A DNA stretch of 64,000 bases from an uncultured Anaerolineales bacterium (GTDB lineage: Bacteria > Chloroflexota > Anaerolineae > Anaerolineales > UBA11858): contig CAZUSV010000004.1 of NCBI GenBank assembly GCA_964622645.1, positions 9,290 to 73,289 of the forward strand, in the 5' to 3' direction. Shown here one piece after another: positions 1 through 12,724 of this stretch. The position numbers and the translations under genes were made by a program. Numbering within the stretch: position 1 is the stretch's first letter; each line of letters begins with the position of its first letter. The notes below the pieces were generated by a model, which was given only the letters and a program-made list of their open reading frames with translations, made no database searches and was not told where the DNA came from.

Positions 1-55
1 AGCACCCCGTTTGGGGCAAAAAAGTTTAGCTTATCTCACAACCAAAGGTGAATAA

Positions 56-4192
<4,137 letters not shown>

Positions 4193-4198
4193 CCTCTC

Positions 4199-4235
4199 AA
4201 TCCCTGCTTATATTACAAGCAGGGATTTTATCTTC
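4199..4235 (+). terminator. Rho-independent terminator after secA
   Basis: 11-bp stem aatccctgctt/aagcagggatt with a 7-nt loop, followed by T-rich ttttatctt. Confidence 0.7.
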
Positions 4236-4267
4236 CTGCGTAACAGCTCAGCCACAAAACGGATTTA

Positions 4268-4323
4268 CCCGAAAAAAGGGTGTGCGCAGGGGCCGCGGCC
4301 CCTGCGCACACCCTTTTTTCGGG
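4268..4323. repeat. 56-nt perfect palindrome, family-B-like hairpin
   Basis: cccgaaaaaagggtgtgcgcaggggccgcggcccctgcgcacacccttttttcggg. Same architecture as the cgaaaataggggg..cccctattttcg elements elsewhere in the window. Confidence 0.8.
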
Positions 4324-4398
4324 AGATTTCCTATTTAGCTGAGTAGTTACCTTCCTGCAAAGAAAATTCAACCGTCTATATATCGAAAGGTAAATAGT

Positions 4399-4518
4399 AT
4401 TACAGCGCAAAGTCATAGAATGATACGCTTAGGCCGGTCTCCTGACCGAGCCGGCTCGGTGGAGACCGGCCTAAGCAAGCTTGACAAGTTATAGAAAACA
4501 TCAACCTTGCGCTGTAAT
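4399..4518. repeat. 120-bp element with 12-bp terminal inverted repeats around a 50-nt hairpin
   Basis: Outer arms attacagcgcaa / ttgcgctgtaat. Inner hairpin 4427-4476: gcttaggccggtctcc..accgagcc|ggctcggt..ggagaccggcctaagc. Confidence 0.75.
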
Positions 4519-4723
4519 AATAGTGACGGCATAAAAACAACTGAAGTTGCTACTACGAACCATTAATTGGTTGTTAGGTGTTTGAAAGCTGAAGCAGTAC
4601 AGTAGTGCTATATCCTTCTGCAAAACAATTGACTATACTGAAGCCAGATTGTCTGCTCACACTGATGGTATACTTATCGGCAATCCTCTGGCCTGACGCG
4701 TTGCAATTTTGACGATATCCGCC

Positions 4724-5779
4724 ATGGTTCAATCCAAAATCAGACATCCTCTAACGTTTTATCAATCATTGCCAAAGGTAGAGCTTCATCGTCACCTTGA
4801 AGGTTCTCTACGCGTTGAGACTTTAGCAGAGATTGGGCAGGATCATGGAATTCACAATGCAGGTGCCCAGGTTTTGGGTCCCATGGTTCAGATCGGGGAG
4901 AACGAACCCTATACTTTCGAAAATTTTCTTTCGAAATTCGCTACCTTACGATTGTTTTATCGCTCTCCAGAGGTAATTGGCCGGATCACACGCGAGGCGA
5001 TTGAGGACGCAGCTAATGACAATGTGCGCTATCTTGAATTGCGATTTACCCCAGTGGCCCTCAGCAAAGCAGAAAGGTTTCCTCTCGACCAGGTGATCGA
5101 TTGGGTGATTGAAGGCGCCAAGGCTGGTGAAGAAGCGACTGGGGTCACAACGCGCCTGATCGCCAGTGTGAACCGGCATGAGAGTCCAGACTTAGCCGAA
5201 CAGGTTGCCTGGCTGGCAATGGAACGCAAACAAAAGGGGATTGTAGGCTTAGATTTAGCAGGCAATGAGGCTGAATTTCCTGCAGCCCCATTTTTAGGTA
5301 TCTTTCGAGAAGCACAGCAAGAGGGCTTACATATCACCATCCACGCGGGAGAATGGGCGGGCGCAGCCAATGTAGTCGAAGCCATTGAGTTATTTGAGGC
5401 CAAACGCGTTGGTCATGGTGTGCGCATTATGGAAAATGAGGATGCTGTCACCATGGCTCGCTCGCAAGAGACTGTCTTCGAGGTTTGCCTGACCAGCAAC
5501 TATCAATCAGGAGTCGTATCTGAACTGGAAGTACACCCCATCGTATCCATGGTAGATGCGGGATTGATCACCACGCTTAATACAGATGACCCCAGCGTGT
5601 CTAAGATTACCTTGGGTGAGGAATACCGCGTCGCATGCGAGAAATTTGACTTGACCTTAGCGGTGCTCAACAAGTGTAATCTGGCAGCGGCGCGCGCATC
5701 ATTCTTGCCTGAGGATGAAAAGGACGACCTTACTAAGCAGCTCGAAGTTGAATGGGGCGAAAAAATACCCTCGATGTGA
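4724..5779 (+). CDS. add: Adenosine deaminase
   Basis: ELHRHLEGS metal-binding motif, HAGE and TLNTDDP motifs. Start placed at the first ATG (4724); the track's TTG at 4709 is an alternative. Confidence 0.9.
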   Translation: MVQSKIRHPLTFYQSLPKVELHRHLEGSLRVETLAEIGQDHGIHNAGAQVLGPMVQIGENEPYTFENFLSKFATLRLFYRSPEVIGRITREAIEDAANDNVRYLELRFTPVALSKAERFPLDQVIDWVIEGAKAGEEATGVTTRLIASVNRHESPDLAEQVAWLAMERKQKGIVGLDLAGNEAEFPAAPFLGIFREAQQEGLHITIHAGEWAGAANVVEAIELFEAKRVGHGVRIMENEDAVTMARSQETVFEVCLTSNYQSGVVSELEVHPIVSMVDAGLITTLNTDDPSVSKITLGEEYRVACEKFDLTLAVLNKCNLAAARASFLPEDEKDDLTKQLEVEWGEKIPSM

Positions 5780-5796
5780 GAACAGGAAAGAGTTTC

Positions 5797-5842
5797 CAAA
5801 AAAAGCCCTGGCGCGCGCAGAGCACATCCCAGGGCTTTTTTT
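5797..5842. terminator. Bidirectional terminator between convergent add and the 5853-6488 gene
   Basis: A-run, then stem agccctgg/ccagggct, then a T7 run. Confidence 0.6.
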
Positions 5843-5852
5843 CAGATCCCTA

Positions 5853-6488
5853 TTATTGTCGTTGTTCCCAATTATGCACAGCGGCGCGAATGGCTGCTTT
5901 GATGGTTTCATCGGGAATGGAATCTACATCATCAAATTGTTCTAATCCCACATACACCCGCATACTACCGTCGATGTTCTCTATCAGGCGGATTCCCTTA
6001 TCTCTGAGGGGCGTATTGAGGATCTTTTCTTGCAGGATTTCATCAATCTGGCCAACGATGCTTTTCTCTTCGAAGGGAACTTCAGGAGTGTCCGGAACTT
6101 CACCGACAAATGGGCTGATGTTGGGAAGTGCTGATTCTGGACTTTGTGAGGGTTGAATTGCTTGAGGGGAAGCCTGGGACGCAGAAGTCGTTGCTGGTAT
6201 ACCCAACCATCTTTGAAGATAGGCAATCAGCCCGGCCAGATATTTACCCTCGGTTGGTGGCAGCGCCTCACCCGATTTATAAATTCGCTTGCCGATCTGC
6301 AAAACGATTTGTTTAGTCTGACTATCGCGCCACATGTGTAGAGCATCGGCTGGGAATTGTGGCTGAACAGTCTGAGGGGCGTCCTGATTCTCCTGACCAT
6401 CCCGCCCACCGCTGAGCAAGCTCCCAGCAAGATAACCGATAGCTATTCCGATGATTGCGATACTGAGCAAGAGAATACTGTCATCCAT
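5853..6488 (-). CDS. Hypothetical protein with an N-terminal membrane anchor
   Basis: 211-aa ORF. N-terminal hydrophobic helix LLLSIAIIGIAIGYLAGSLL. No recognisable family. Confidence 0.55.
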   Translation of the reverse strand: MDDSILLLSIAIIGIAIGYLAGSLLSGGRDGQENQDAPQTVQPQFPADALHMWRDSQTKQIVLQIGKRIYKSGEALPPTEGKYLAGLIAYLQRWLGIPATTSASQASPQAIQPSQSPESALPNISPFVGEVPDTPEVPFEEKSIVGQIDEILQEKILNTPLRDKGIRLIENIDGSMRVYVGLEQFDDVDSIPDETIKAAIRAAVHNWEQRQ

Positions 6489-6520
6489 ATTGAACTCCTT
6501 TGAAATATGTGGGGAGTATC

Positions 6521-7378
6521 CTAGCCATCAGGATGGCGCTGGCATTGTGGGCAGAAGTGAGTACCACGTTGACCCACAGTGATGCGTTCGATGAGTGCAG
6601 CACATCGATAGCATGGCTCGCCAGTGCGCTGATACACCTTGAAATAGTTTTGGAAATCTCCGCCACGGTAAACCCAATCGATGCTGGCTCCGTTGCGATG
6701 TATGCTTTCTTTGAGCACAGATTGGAGATGATCAAATAATCGGGTGGCATCTTCGAGACTCAGGGTGTGTGAGCGTCTCTGAGGGTGGAGTCTGGCCTGG
6801 TGCAAGGCTTCATCAGCATAAATATTACCAACGCCTGCCAAAAAACGCTGATTTAACAGTAAGGGTTTTAGTTGGCGACGATAGTTGCCTAATCGAGCAT
6901 AAAATTCCTGAGGAGTTAAGTTTTCATCCAAGGGTTCAGGTCCCAGGTGAGCCAAAAGAAGCTCCGGCTCCTCGACCAGCCAGACACGTCCAAATTTGCG
7001 CGTATCATTGAAAGCCAGGCGATGCACTTGCCTTGAGCCCGAATTGGATGTCGAAGGGCCCTCCATGAAGATCAGCAACCGGTGATGAGGTGCAATAAGA
7101 TCATCCGCCCCCTCGAACCACAAGTCACCGCTCATACGCAAATGAATTACTAAAGTATCTTTTTCGAGTTGAAAGAGTAGATATTTTCCCCTGCGCCCAA
7201 TATCAGTAATTTTCTGTCCAACGATGCGCGCGATGAATTCATCAGCAGTCGGCGACTCTAGCGTGCGCTCCCAGAGCAGCTCGACCCCAGTGACGCGTTT
7301 ACCAACCAATGAGGGATTCTCATGCGTGCCCCGGAGGTATTTGTTTCGGATGGTTTCGACTTCGGGTAGTTCAGGCAT
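6521..7378 (-). CDS. mutM: Formamidopyrimidine-DNA glycosylase (Fpg/MutM)
   Basis: The catalytic N-terminus M-PELPEVE fixes the start at ATG 7378; the track ORF is 36 codons too long. C-terminal zinc finger CYRC..CPQC is present. Confidence 0.9.
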   Translation of the reverse strand: MPELPEVETIRNKYLRGTHENPSLVGKRVTGVELLWERTLESPTADEFIARIVGQKITDIGRRGKYLLFQLEKDTLVIHLRMSGDLWFEGADDLIAPHHRLLIFMEGPSTSNSGSRQVHRLAFNDTRKFGRVWLVEEPELLLAHLGPEPLDENLTPQEFYARLGNYRRQLKPLLLNQRFLAGVGNIYADEALHQARLHPQRRSHTLSLEDATRLFDHLQSVLKESIHRNGASIDWVYRGGDFQNYFKVYQRTGEPCYRCAALIERITVGQRGTHFCPQCQRHPDG

Positions 7379-7406
7379 TTCTTCGGGTGCGGTGTAGGGG
7401 TGCGAT

Positions 7407-7447
7407 GTGCGAAGTGCGATGTACTGAAGTAACCTCGCACTTCGCAC
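7407..7447. repeat. Hairpin built from GTGCGAW heptamers in the prs-mutM spacer
   Basis: 13-bp perfect stem gtgcgaagtgcga/tcgcacttcgcac with a 15-nt loop. Extra gtgcga / cgcac copies flank it. Confidence 0.6.
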
Positions 7448-7463
7448 CCCGCACGTTAGCACA

Positions 7464-8453
7464 TCATTCATTAAACATTTCGCCAACGCTGCGGCCTTCG
7501 TGGGCGCGTAGGATGACTTCGCCGAGCAGAGGAGCTACCGAACAGATTTCTAGTTTATCACCTAGAATGGATTGATCCTCCTGAGCGATGGGCACAGTGT
7601 CTGTAGTGATGATCTTAGTGAGAGGTAGTTTCGCCAGTCGCTCTACAGCAGGTGGAGATAACACCGGATGAATGAATGTCAGGTAGATATTTTTGGCGCC
7701 GTGCTCTTTGGCCAGTTTCACAGCCTGGACGACAGAGCCAGCTGTATCGACCTCGTCATCTACTACGATGACATCGCAGCCTTCCACATTTCCGATCAGA
7801 GTCAGTGCTTTGGCTTTATCGGTTTTACCTCTGCGGCGCTTTTCCACAAATGCAATCGGCAAGTCGAGATCAGCAGCGAAGTTGCGCCCCTTCTTGGCAA
7901 ATCCCAGGTCGACGGTCAGCACTACGGGGTCGGTCATTTGCGGTAACGATTTGGATATATGCTCAGAGAGGATATAGAACGCGCTAATTACATCACCAGG
8001 GATGGAGAAAAACCCTTGGATCTGACCGGCGTGGAGATCGAGGGTCATATACCGATCAGCACCAGCTGCCTCAATCATATCTGCAACCAGGCGGGCGGTG
8101 ATGGGCGTGCGGGGTTTGTCTTTCTTATCGGAGCGTGCATAACTGAAATAGGGTACAACAGCAGTAACCCGGCCAGCCGAGTCCAGGCGCAGGGTTTGGA
8201 GCGTGATCAATAATTCCATGATATTGCGATGCACGGGGCTTGATGTGGTCTGGATCACATAGACATCCTGCCCGCGGATGCTGCTCCTCAGGCGAACCCA
8301 CAGGTTGCCATTGGGGAAGCGCTGCACAACCTGCTCGCTCAACGGTACGCCCAAATAGTCGGAAATTTTACTGGCCAATTCTGGAGAGGCAGTACCCGCG
8401 TAAAGCTTGATCTCGCCGTACATGCCGCATTCACGAGTATGTTTTTTAGTCAT
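7464..8453 (-). CDS. prs: Ribose-phosphate pyrophosphokinase
   Basis: DLHAGQIQGFF and VVDDEVDTAGS (PRPP loop) motifs. Start may instead be the internal ATG at 8423. Confidence 0.93.
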   Translation of the reverse strand: MTKKHTRECGMYGEIKLYAGTASPELASKISDYLGVPLSEQVVQRFPNGNLWVRLRSSIRGQDVYVIQTTSSPVHRNIMELLITLQTLRLDSAGRVTAVVPYFSYARSDKKDKPRTPITARLVADMIEAAGADRYMTLDLHAGQIQGFFSIPGDVISAFYILSEHISKSLPQMTDPVVLTVDLGFAKKGRNFAADLDLPIAFVEKRRRGKTDKAKALTLIGNVEGCDVIVVDDEVDTAGSVVQAVKLAKEHGAKNIYLTFIHPVLSPPAVERLAKLPLTKIITTDTVPIAQEDQSILGDKLEICSVAPLLGEVILRAHEGRSVGEMFNE

Positions 8454-8499
8454 GCATTCTCCAAATAAACTGGGGTGGCACTACAAAAGCACACACTGA

Positions 8500-8795
8500 T
8501 CATTCTTCCTTCCACTCTATTCGCAGCACACTCATCAATATGGCATCAAAGTATTGGCCATCATGGTAGTGAGCTTGACGCATGCAGCCTTCCTGAATAA
8601 AGCCTGCTTTTTCAATGGATGCTCATCCTGCGGTCGTTTGAGCATTGCTTCGAACCACTGTTCCTCTTTCGCCATGGAGAGCGGAAGATACATCATTAAC
8701 CCATGGCGGACTTCAGGATCATTAAACCACTTGACGAACATGGGCAGATCATCCCTATCTGCAGCGCGCAGTCGCATGCCTTCACCGAAAATCAT
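8500..8795 (-). pseudogene. GNAT N-acetyltransferase remnant with an internal deletion and frameshift
   Basis: The N-terminal ~63 aa are GNAT-like (LRAADRDDLPMFVKWFNDPEV..). The GNAT C-terminus IEKAGFIQEGCMRQAHYHDGQYFDAILMSVLRIEWKEE* is in a different frame, ending at 8500. The acetyl-CoA-binding core is missing. Confidence 0.6.
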
Positions 8796-9826
8796 GATCC
8801 TTGTGCTCCATTGAGTAATGCTTCAACAGCCTGGCGGGGGGATATGCTGCGCTCGATGAGCAGCTCGAAAACTTCTTGATATTTCCCTGCCGAGAGTGCA
8901 TTCCGCCAACGGTTGACTAATGATGCCTGCAACAAAACATCCAGCTCGGCCCCCAAGCGCATTCGCTCCTTGCTTTCCCAATCCCCAGTTTTTTCAAGAT
9001 GTTCTTTATGTTGCGCAATTAGATCACCGAGTTCGGGAATGCCGGTCCCATCAATGGCGATTGTCTTTTGGATGAGGGGGATCCAAATGGACTCATCCTG
9101 AGACGATTCTGTAGTTTGTGCTGGTACCGCAGGTACTGTTTCCAATGTACCATGGTGTTGATAGACACGTTTGACCGGATGTGCGAGATTGAGCATATTG
9201 CGTAAGGCGCGTTCTGTGTTCTCCACACCAGCACGGTCGGCCTTGTTGACCACAAGAATATCGGCGATTTCCAAAATACCTGCCTTGATGGCCTGGATAT
9301 CATCACCCAGGCCGGGGGCTTCAACCACAAGGGTAGTATGAGCCAAACGAGCGATATCAACCTCAGCCTGGCCTGCTCCCACAGTTTCGATCAAAATGAC
9401 CTCGAACCCGGACGCGTCGAAAGCTTGAACCACCCCCGAGGTTGTTTTGGCCAACCCGCCCAGGGAACCTCGCGAAGCCATCGAGCGAATGAACACCCCT
9501 GGGTCTCCGGCTAAATCGCGCATGCGCACGCGATCACCAAGCACCGCACCCCCAGAAAAAGGGCTGGAGGGATCCACAGCCACAATTGCAACGCGCTTTG
9601 GTGTTCCATTTTCGGGGGGATGTCGATAGTAATGTGCTAGTTGGTTGACCAGAGATGATTTACCGGTTCCAGGTGCACCGGTAACACCGATAAGATGGGC
9701 TTTGCCCGTATGAGGGAACAATTCACTTAGGGCGGCCTGACCTTCTAACGTGTCGTCTTCGATTTTCGATAGCAACCTGGCTAGAGAAAGCCGGTTCCCA
9801 GATAAAACATCTTGCACAAACGTCAT
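8792..9826 (-). CDS. meaB: Methylmalonyl-CoA mutase-associated GTPase MeaB/ArgK
   Basis: P-loop GAPGTGKSS and NKAD motif. Overall ArgK/MeaB similarity. Confidence 0.9.
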   Translation of the reverse strand: MTFVQDVLSGNRLSLARLLSKIEDDTLEGQAALSELFPHTGKAHLIGVTGAPGTGKSSLVNQLAHYYRHPPENGTPKRVAIVAVDPSSPFSGGAVLGDRVRMRDLAGDPGVFIRSMASRGSLGGLAKTTSGVVQAFDASGFEVILIETVGAGQAEVDIARLAHTTLVVEAPGLGDDIQAIKAGILEIADILVVNKADRAGVENTERALRNMLNLAHPVKRVYQHHGTLETVPAVPAQTTESSQDESIWIPLIQKTIAIDGTGIPELGDLIAQHKEHLEKTGDWESKERMRLGAELDVLLQASLVNRWRNALSAGKYQEVFELLIERSISPRQAVEALLNGAQGS

Positions 9827-9827
9827 A

Positions 9828-10244
9828 CTAATTGGCCACCTCGCTTAAGACTTCCTTGCGAATATCCCCCACAATATCATCTGTCAATGTGCCTGGACCG
9901 TAAATACCAGTCACACCGATCTCCTGCAATTTACTGATGTCTTCATTGGGGATGATACCCCCTATGAAGACCTTTACGTGATCTTGTCCGTTGGCCTGGA
10001 GCAGTTCGATCACCCGCGGTGCCAATGCCATATGTGCGCCCGACAAGATAGAGAGACCGACAACATCTACATCTTCTTGCAAGGCGGCTTCAGCGATCAT
10101 CTCCGGGGTTTGGCGCAACCCGGTATAGATGACTTCCATACCCGCATCTCGCAGGGCGCGGGCGACAACCTTGGCGCCACGGTCATGGCCGTCTAAGCCA
10201 GGTTTGGCGATCAGCACTCGAATTCTTCCTTCCGTTTCGCTCAT
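9828..10244 (-). CDS. Methylmalonyl-CoA mutase small subunit (B12-binding domain only)
   Basis: 138 aa with LDGHDRG (DxHxxG) cobalamin-binding motif. Sits immediately upstream of meaB. Confidence 0.88.
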   Translation of the reverse strand: MSETEGRIRVLIAKPGLDGHDRGAKVVARALRDAGMEVIYTGLRQTPEMIAEAALQEDVDVVGLSILSGAHMALAPRVIELLQANGQDHVKVFIGGIIPNEDISKLQEIGVTGIYGPGTLTDDIVGDIRKEVLSEVAN

Positions 10245-10300
10245 CTTACCTCCAGGGGGAATTTTAGAGTGATTATACCGCGATCCCTTGCTTGATTTTT

Positions 10301-10357
10301 GGGTTCTCTAGGAATTCCCGTGGTAATGTGAGCTACCTCGGTGATTCCTAGAGAGCC
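10301..10357. repeat. Family A repeat with both arms and no core
   Basis: gggttctctaggaattcccgtggtaat..cctcggtgattcctagagagcc. Confidence 0.7.
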
Positions 10358-10370
10358 GATTTTTGTCATC

Positions 10371-10399
10371 TTGACACAGCATTACTGACGTGATAATCT
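10371..10399 (+). promoter_or_regulatory. Sigma70-like promoter of the cold-shock gene
   Basis: TTGACA, 17-nt spacer, then TGaTAATCT (extended -10). Confidence 0.55.
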
Positions 10400-10464
10400 T
10401 TCGCCGAAATGCTTAGCTGACCTGAACTCAGCGAAAAAAAGCACATAGAATGGAGTAAGTAAGA

Positions 10465-10674
10465 ATGGACGAACGTATAGTTGGAACTGTAAAATGGTTC
10501 AATGCCCGCAAGGGTTATGGCTTTATCGGCCGCGATGATGGAGATGATGTCTTTGTGCACTTTTCTGCCATCACCATGGAAGGCTACCGCCGCTTGGACG
10601 AAGGCCAGGATGTTGAATTCACTATCGAAGAAGGCCCTAAAGGTGTGCAAGCCGCTAAGGTAATCCCTGTCTAA
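10465..10674 (+). CDS. Cold-shock protein (CspA family)
   Basis: KGYGFI (RNP1) and VFVHFS (RNP2) motifs. 69 aa. Confidence 0.95.
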   Translation: MDERIVGTVKWFNARKGYGFIGRDDGDDVFVHFSAITMEGYRRLDEGQDVEFTIEEGPKGVQAAKVIPV

Positions 10675-10695
10675 TATGGTTTGCTTTATAAAACT

Positions 10696-10727
10696 CACAG
10701 AGCCGCCATGTGGCGGCTCTGTGGTTT
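10696..10727 (+). terminator. Terminator after csp
   Basis: 12-bp stem cacagagccgcc/ggcggctctgtg with loop atgt, then gttt. Confidence 0.7.
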
Positions 10728-10960
10728 AACTGCTGTCAAGTTTGCAATTCTGCAAGGATTGGCAGCAGTTCATATGATACAATGACTAAATAAATAGATT
10801 TTTCTCTCTGGCAAGCTCGGCCAAGGCTGGTTGGAAATATATTCCGATCATTTTTTTGCCATTCTTATTATTTTTTTCCTCCTTGTCCTTAGCCATGCTG
10901 TTGGGGCTTAAGTTTTCAGTTCCATAGCCGGTTTATTTCGTTTTTGGCAAGGAGATGAAC

Positions 10961-11107
10961 ATGTTATTCTATCCGAATGAAAGAGGCCAAGGCTTCATAG
11001 AGTATGCAATGCTATTGGTCTTAGTAGCGATTGTCGTAATCTTCGTGCTAACCATTTTCGGTAGAGCGGTGGGTAATATATTCAGCAATGTAATTGCAAA
11101 TGTATAG
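10961..11107 (+). CDS. flp: Flp/Fap-family type IVb prepilin (48 aa; below the ORF-track cutoff)
   Basis: MLFYPNERG^QGFIEYAMLLVLVAIVVIFVLTIFG.. matches the G/XXXXEY prepilin motif followed by a hydrophobic helix. SD ggag lies 6 nt upstream. Confidence 0.7.
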   Translation: MLFYPNERGQGFIEYAMLLVLVAIVVIFVLTIFGRAVGNIFSNVIANV

Positions 11108-11175
11108 AGGCTTGGCATAGTTCCAGGATATATTCACTGAGAACTAATATTTTGATTCTTTTAACCCAATAAGAT

Positions 11176-11308
11176 CAGGAGTTACGCAAATGGGAGGCTA
11201 TTTTTTGGAGGACGCCCCCCCAACCCCCCAATTCTGGGGGGAGTTTTTTTAAAGAATCCCCCCAACGCCACAGGCGGGGGGGCTAGGGGGGCAACTGCGT
11301 AACTCCTG
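11176..11308. repeat. 133-bp element with perfect 13-bp terminal inverted repeats and G/C homopolymer hairpins
   Basis: caggagttacgca ... tgcgtaactcctg. Internally: ccccccaattctgggggg, then a C6 tract (ccccccaacgcc) and further downstream a G7 tract (caggcggggggg). Confidence 0.7.
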
Positions 11309-11433
11309 AAGATATTCGATAGATTTTCACTGAATTTCTCAAATATCTCCATAATTCCTCCATAAGAGTACGCGATACTGTGGGCGATCCAATCAAACGG
11401 GCATTCGCCCATAACTTTTTATGGAGGTTTTAC

Positions 11434-11889
11434 ATGTTCCGCAAAAAATCAGTATTTGGTGTTTTGATGGCAGTTCTTGTCATCCTGGCGCTGATCGCCG
11501 GTGGCTTTGCTCTATACCGCCTGGGCTTTGCGCAAGGCTACTCCTCTGGGATTTTTGCCGAAGGCGATGGTAGTGGGCTGCCTCTTCCAGAGGGTTATCA
11601 TCGCGGCCTTGGTTATCATTATGGCTACCCAATGGGATTCTTCGTCTTCGGTCGCCTGATCGGTCTGTTCTTCTTCATCGGATTGCTTTTCCTGTTGATC
11701 GGTGGCATTCGACGGATGTTCTGGTGCCGGCCGTGGCGATATGCTGGCGGGCCTGATTCCCAGAAATGGAAGGAATGGTATCGTCATAACCCTGCAGCTC
11801 ATAAATGGGGGCCTCCCCCTTGGGCAGGTGATGAGAATCCAACTGACCTTGACAAAGAGTCGGATCAAGCTTCAGAAGAAGCCCAATGA
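11434..11889 (+). CDS. Hypothetical membrane protein
   Basis: Start at ATG 11434 after SD ggagg. N-terminal TM and a second TM, with an acidic C-terminal tail. No family recognised. Confidence 0.55.
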   Translation: MFRKKSVFGVLMAVLVILALIAGGFALYRLGFAQGYSSGIFAEGDGSGLPLPEGYHRGLGYHYGYPMGFFVFGRLIGLFFFIGLLFLLIGGIRRMFWCRPWRYAGGPDSQKWKEWYRHNPAAHKWGPPPWAGDENPTDLDKESDQASEEAQ

Positions 11890-12020
11890 GTGTGACCTTA
11901 CGATTGAGAAACGGACACGAGGGTGATATCGCCCTCGTATCCACTTTTGGACTGGTGCTCACTCTCTGGGGAGTATAGCGCAAAAGTGTCGGTGGCCTTA
12001 GCAAATACCTTCCGAGATTT

Positions 12021-12124
12021 GTCATTCCGATGAGCCCTGCGTTCTTTGCAGGGTGAAGAGGAATCCCTGATAAGTTACGCCTGGGGGATTCCTTGGTCGC
12101 AAAGAGACGCTCCCGCGCAATGAC
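12021..12124. repeat. gtcattSCGA...GCGCAATGAC element, related to family C
   Basis: gtcattccgatgagccctgc..gaggaatccc..ggggattcc..cgcgcaatgac. Confidence 0.6.
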
Positions 12125-12223
12125 AACAATGCTGTGGAGAAGCGCTCAGAGCGGTTTTTTCTATACCTTAGCGACATTTTTGCGCACACTCGGTGCTCAC
12201 GAGATGCTCACGTGAAACAAATC

Positions 12224-12682
12224 ATGATTTCAAAAACGAGTAAAAAATTGTTGCCACCAACATACCTGTTAGTAAGCTTGATAATGATGCTGGCTTTGCA
12301 TTATCTCTATCCTATATTGCCATTGGTACCCAAACCATGGATTCTGATAGGAATTCTGCCAGTTTTGTTAGGGATCGGTATAAACGTTGTCGCCGACAAG
12401 TTATTCAGCCGGGCACGCACCACGGTCAACTCGTTTGGTGAACCGACGGCGATGATAACAGAGGGTATTTATTCGCTGAGTAGAAACCCTATGTATCTGG
12501 GCATGGCGCTGGTATTACTCGGCGTAGCTATCTTGTTGGGATCTCTTTCACCTTTTTTTGTCATTCCCATTTTCGTGTGGTTGACCTCAGTGCGGTTCAT
12601 TAAATTCGAGGAGCAAATGCTGGAAGACAAGTTTGGTATGCAATGGCAGGACTATGCCAGACGTGTGCGGCGCTGGATTTAG
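12224..12682 (+). CDS. Isoprenylcysteine carboxyl methyltransferase (ICMT/PEMT) family membrane protein
   Basis: GIYSLSRNPMYLGMALVLLG motif and multiple TM helices. Start moved to ATG 12224 because the track start lies in a repeat. Confidence 0.7.
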   Translation: MISKTSKKLLPPTYLLVSLIMMLALHYLYPILPLVPKPWILIGILPVLLGIGINVVADKLFSRARTTVNSFGEPTAMITEGIYSLSRNPMYLGMALVLLGVAILLGSLSPFFVIPIFVWLTSVRFIKFEEQMLEDKFGMQWQDYARRVRRWI

Positions 12683-12724
12683 TTTGCATTCTAGTCGGGT
12701 TCATGGTAAAAGACAGCTAGCCGC

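Noticed and set aside
4520-4723. Purine riboswitch upstream of add. I also looked for a cobalamin riboswitch upstream of the mcm-meaB pair (10245-10365).
   Set aside because: I could not find the conserved purine-riboswitch junction or loop sequences, or a B12 box. The mcm upstream region is occupied by a family A repeat. Only a covariance-model scan could settle this.
11182-11412. 76-aa minus-strand ORF rich in Pro/Gly.
   Set aside because: It is a translation of the G/C homopolymer tracts inside the 133-bp inverted-repeat element. It has no SD and no family similarity.
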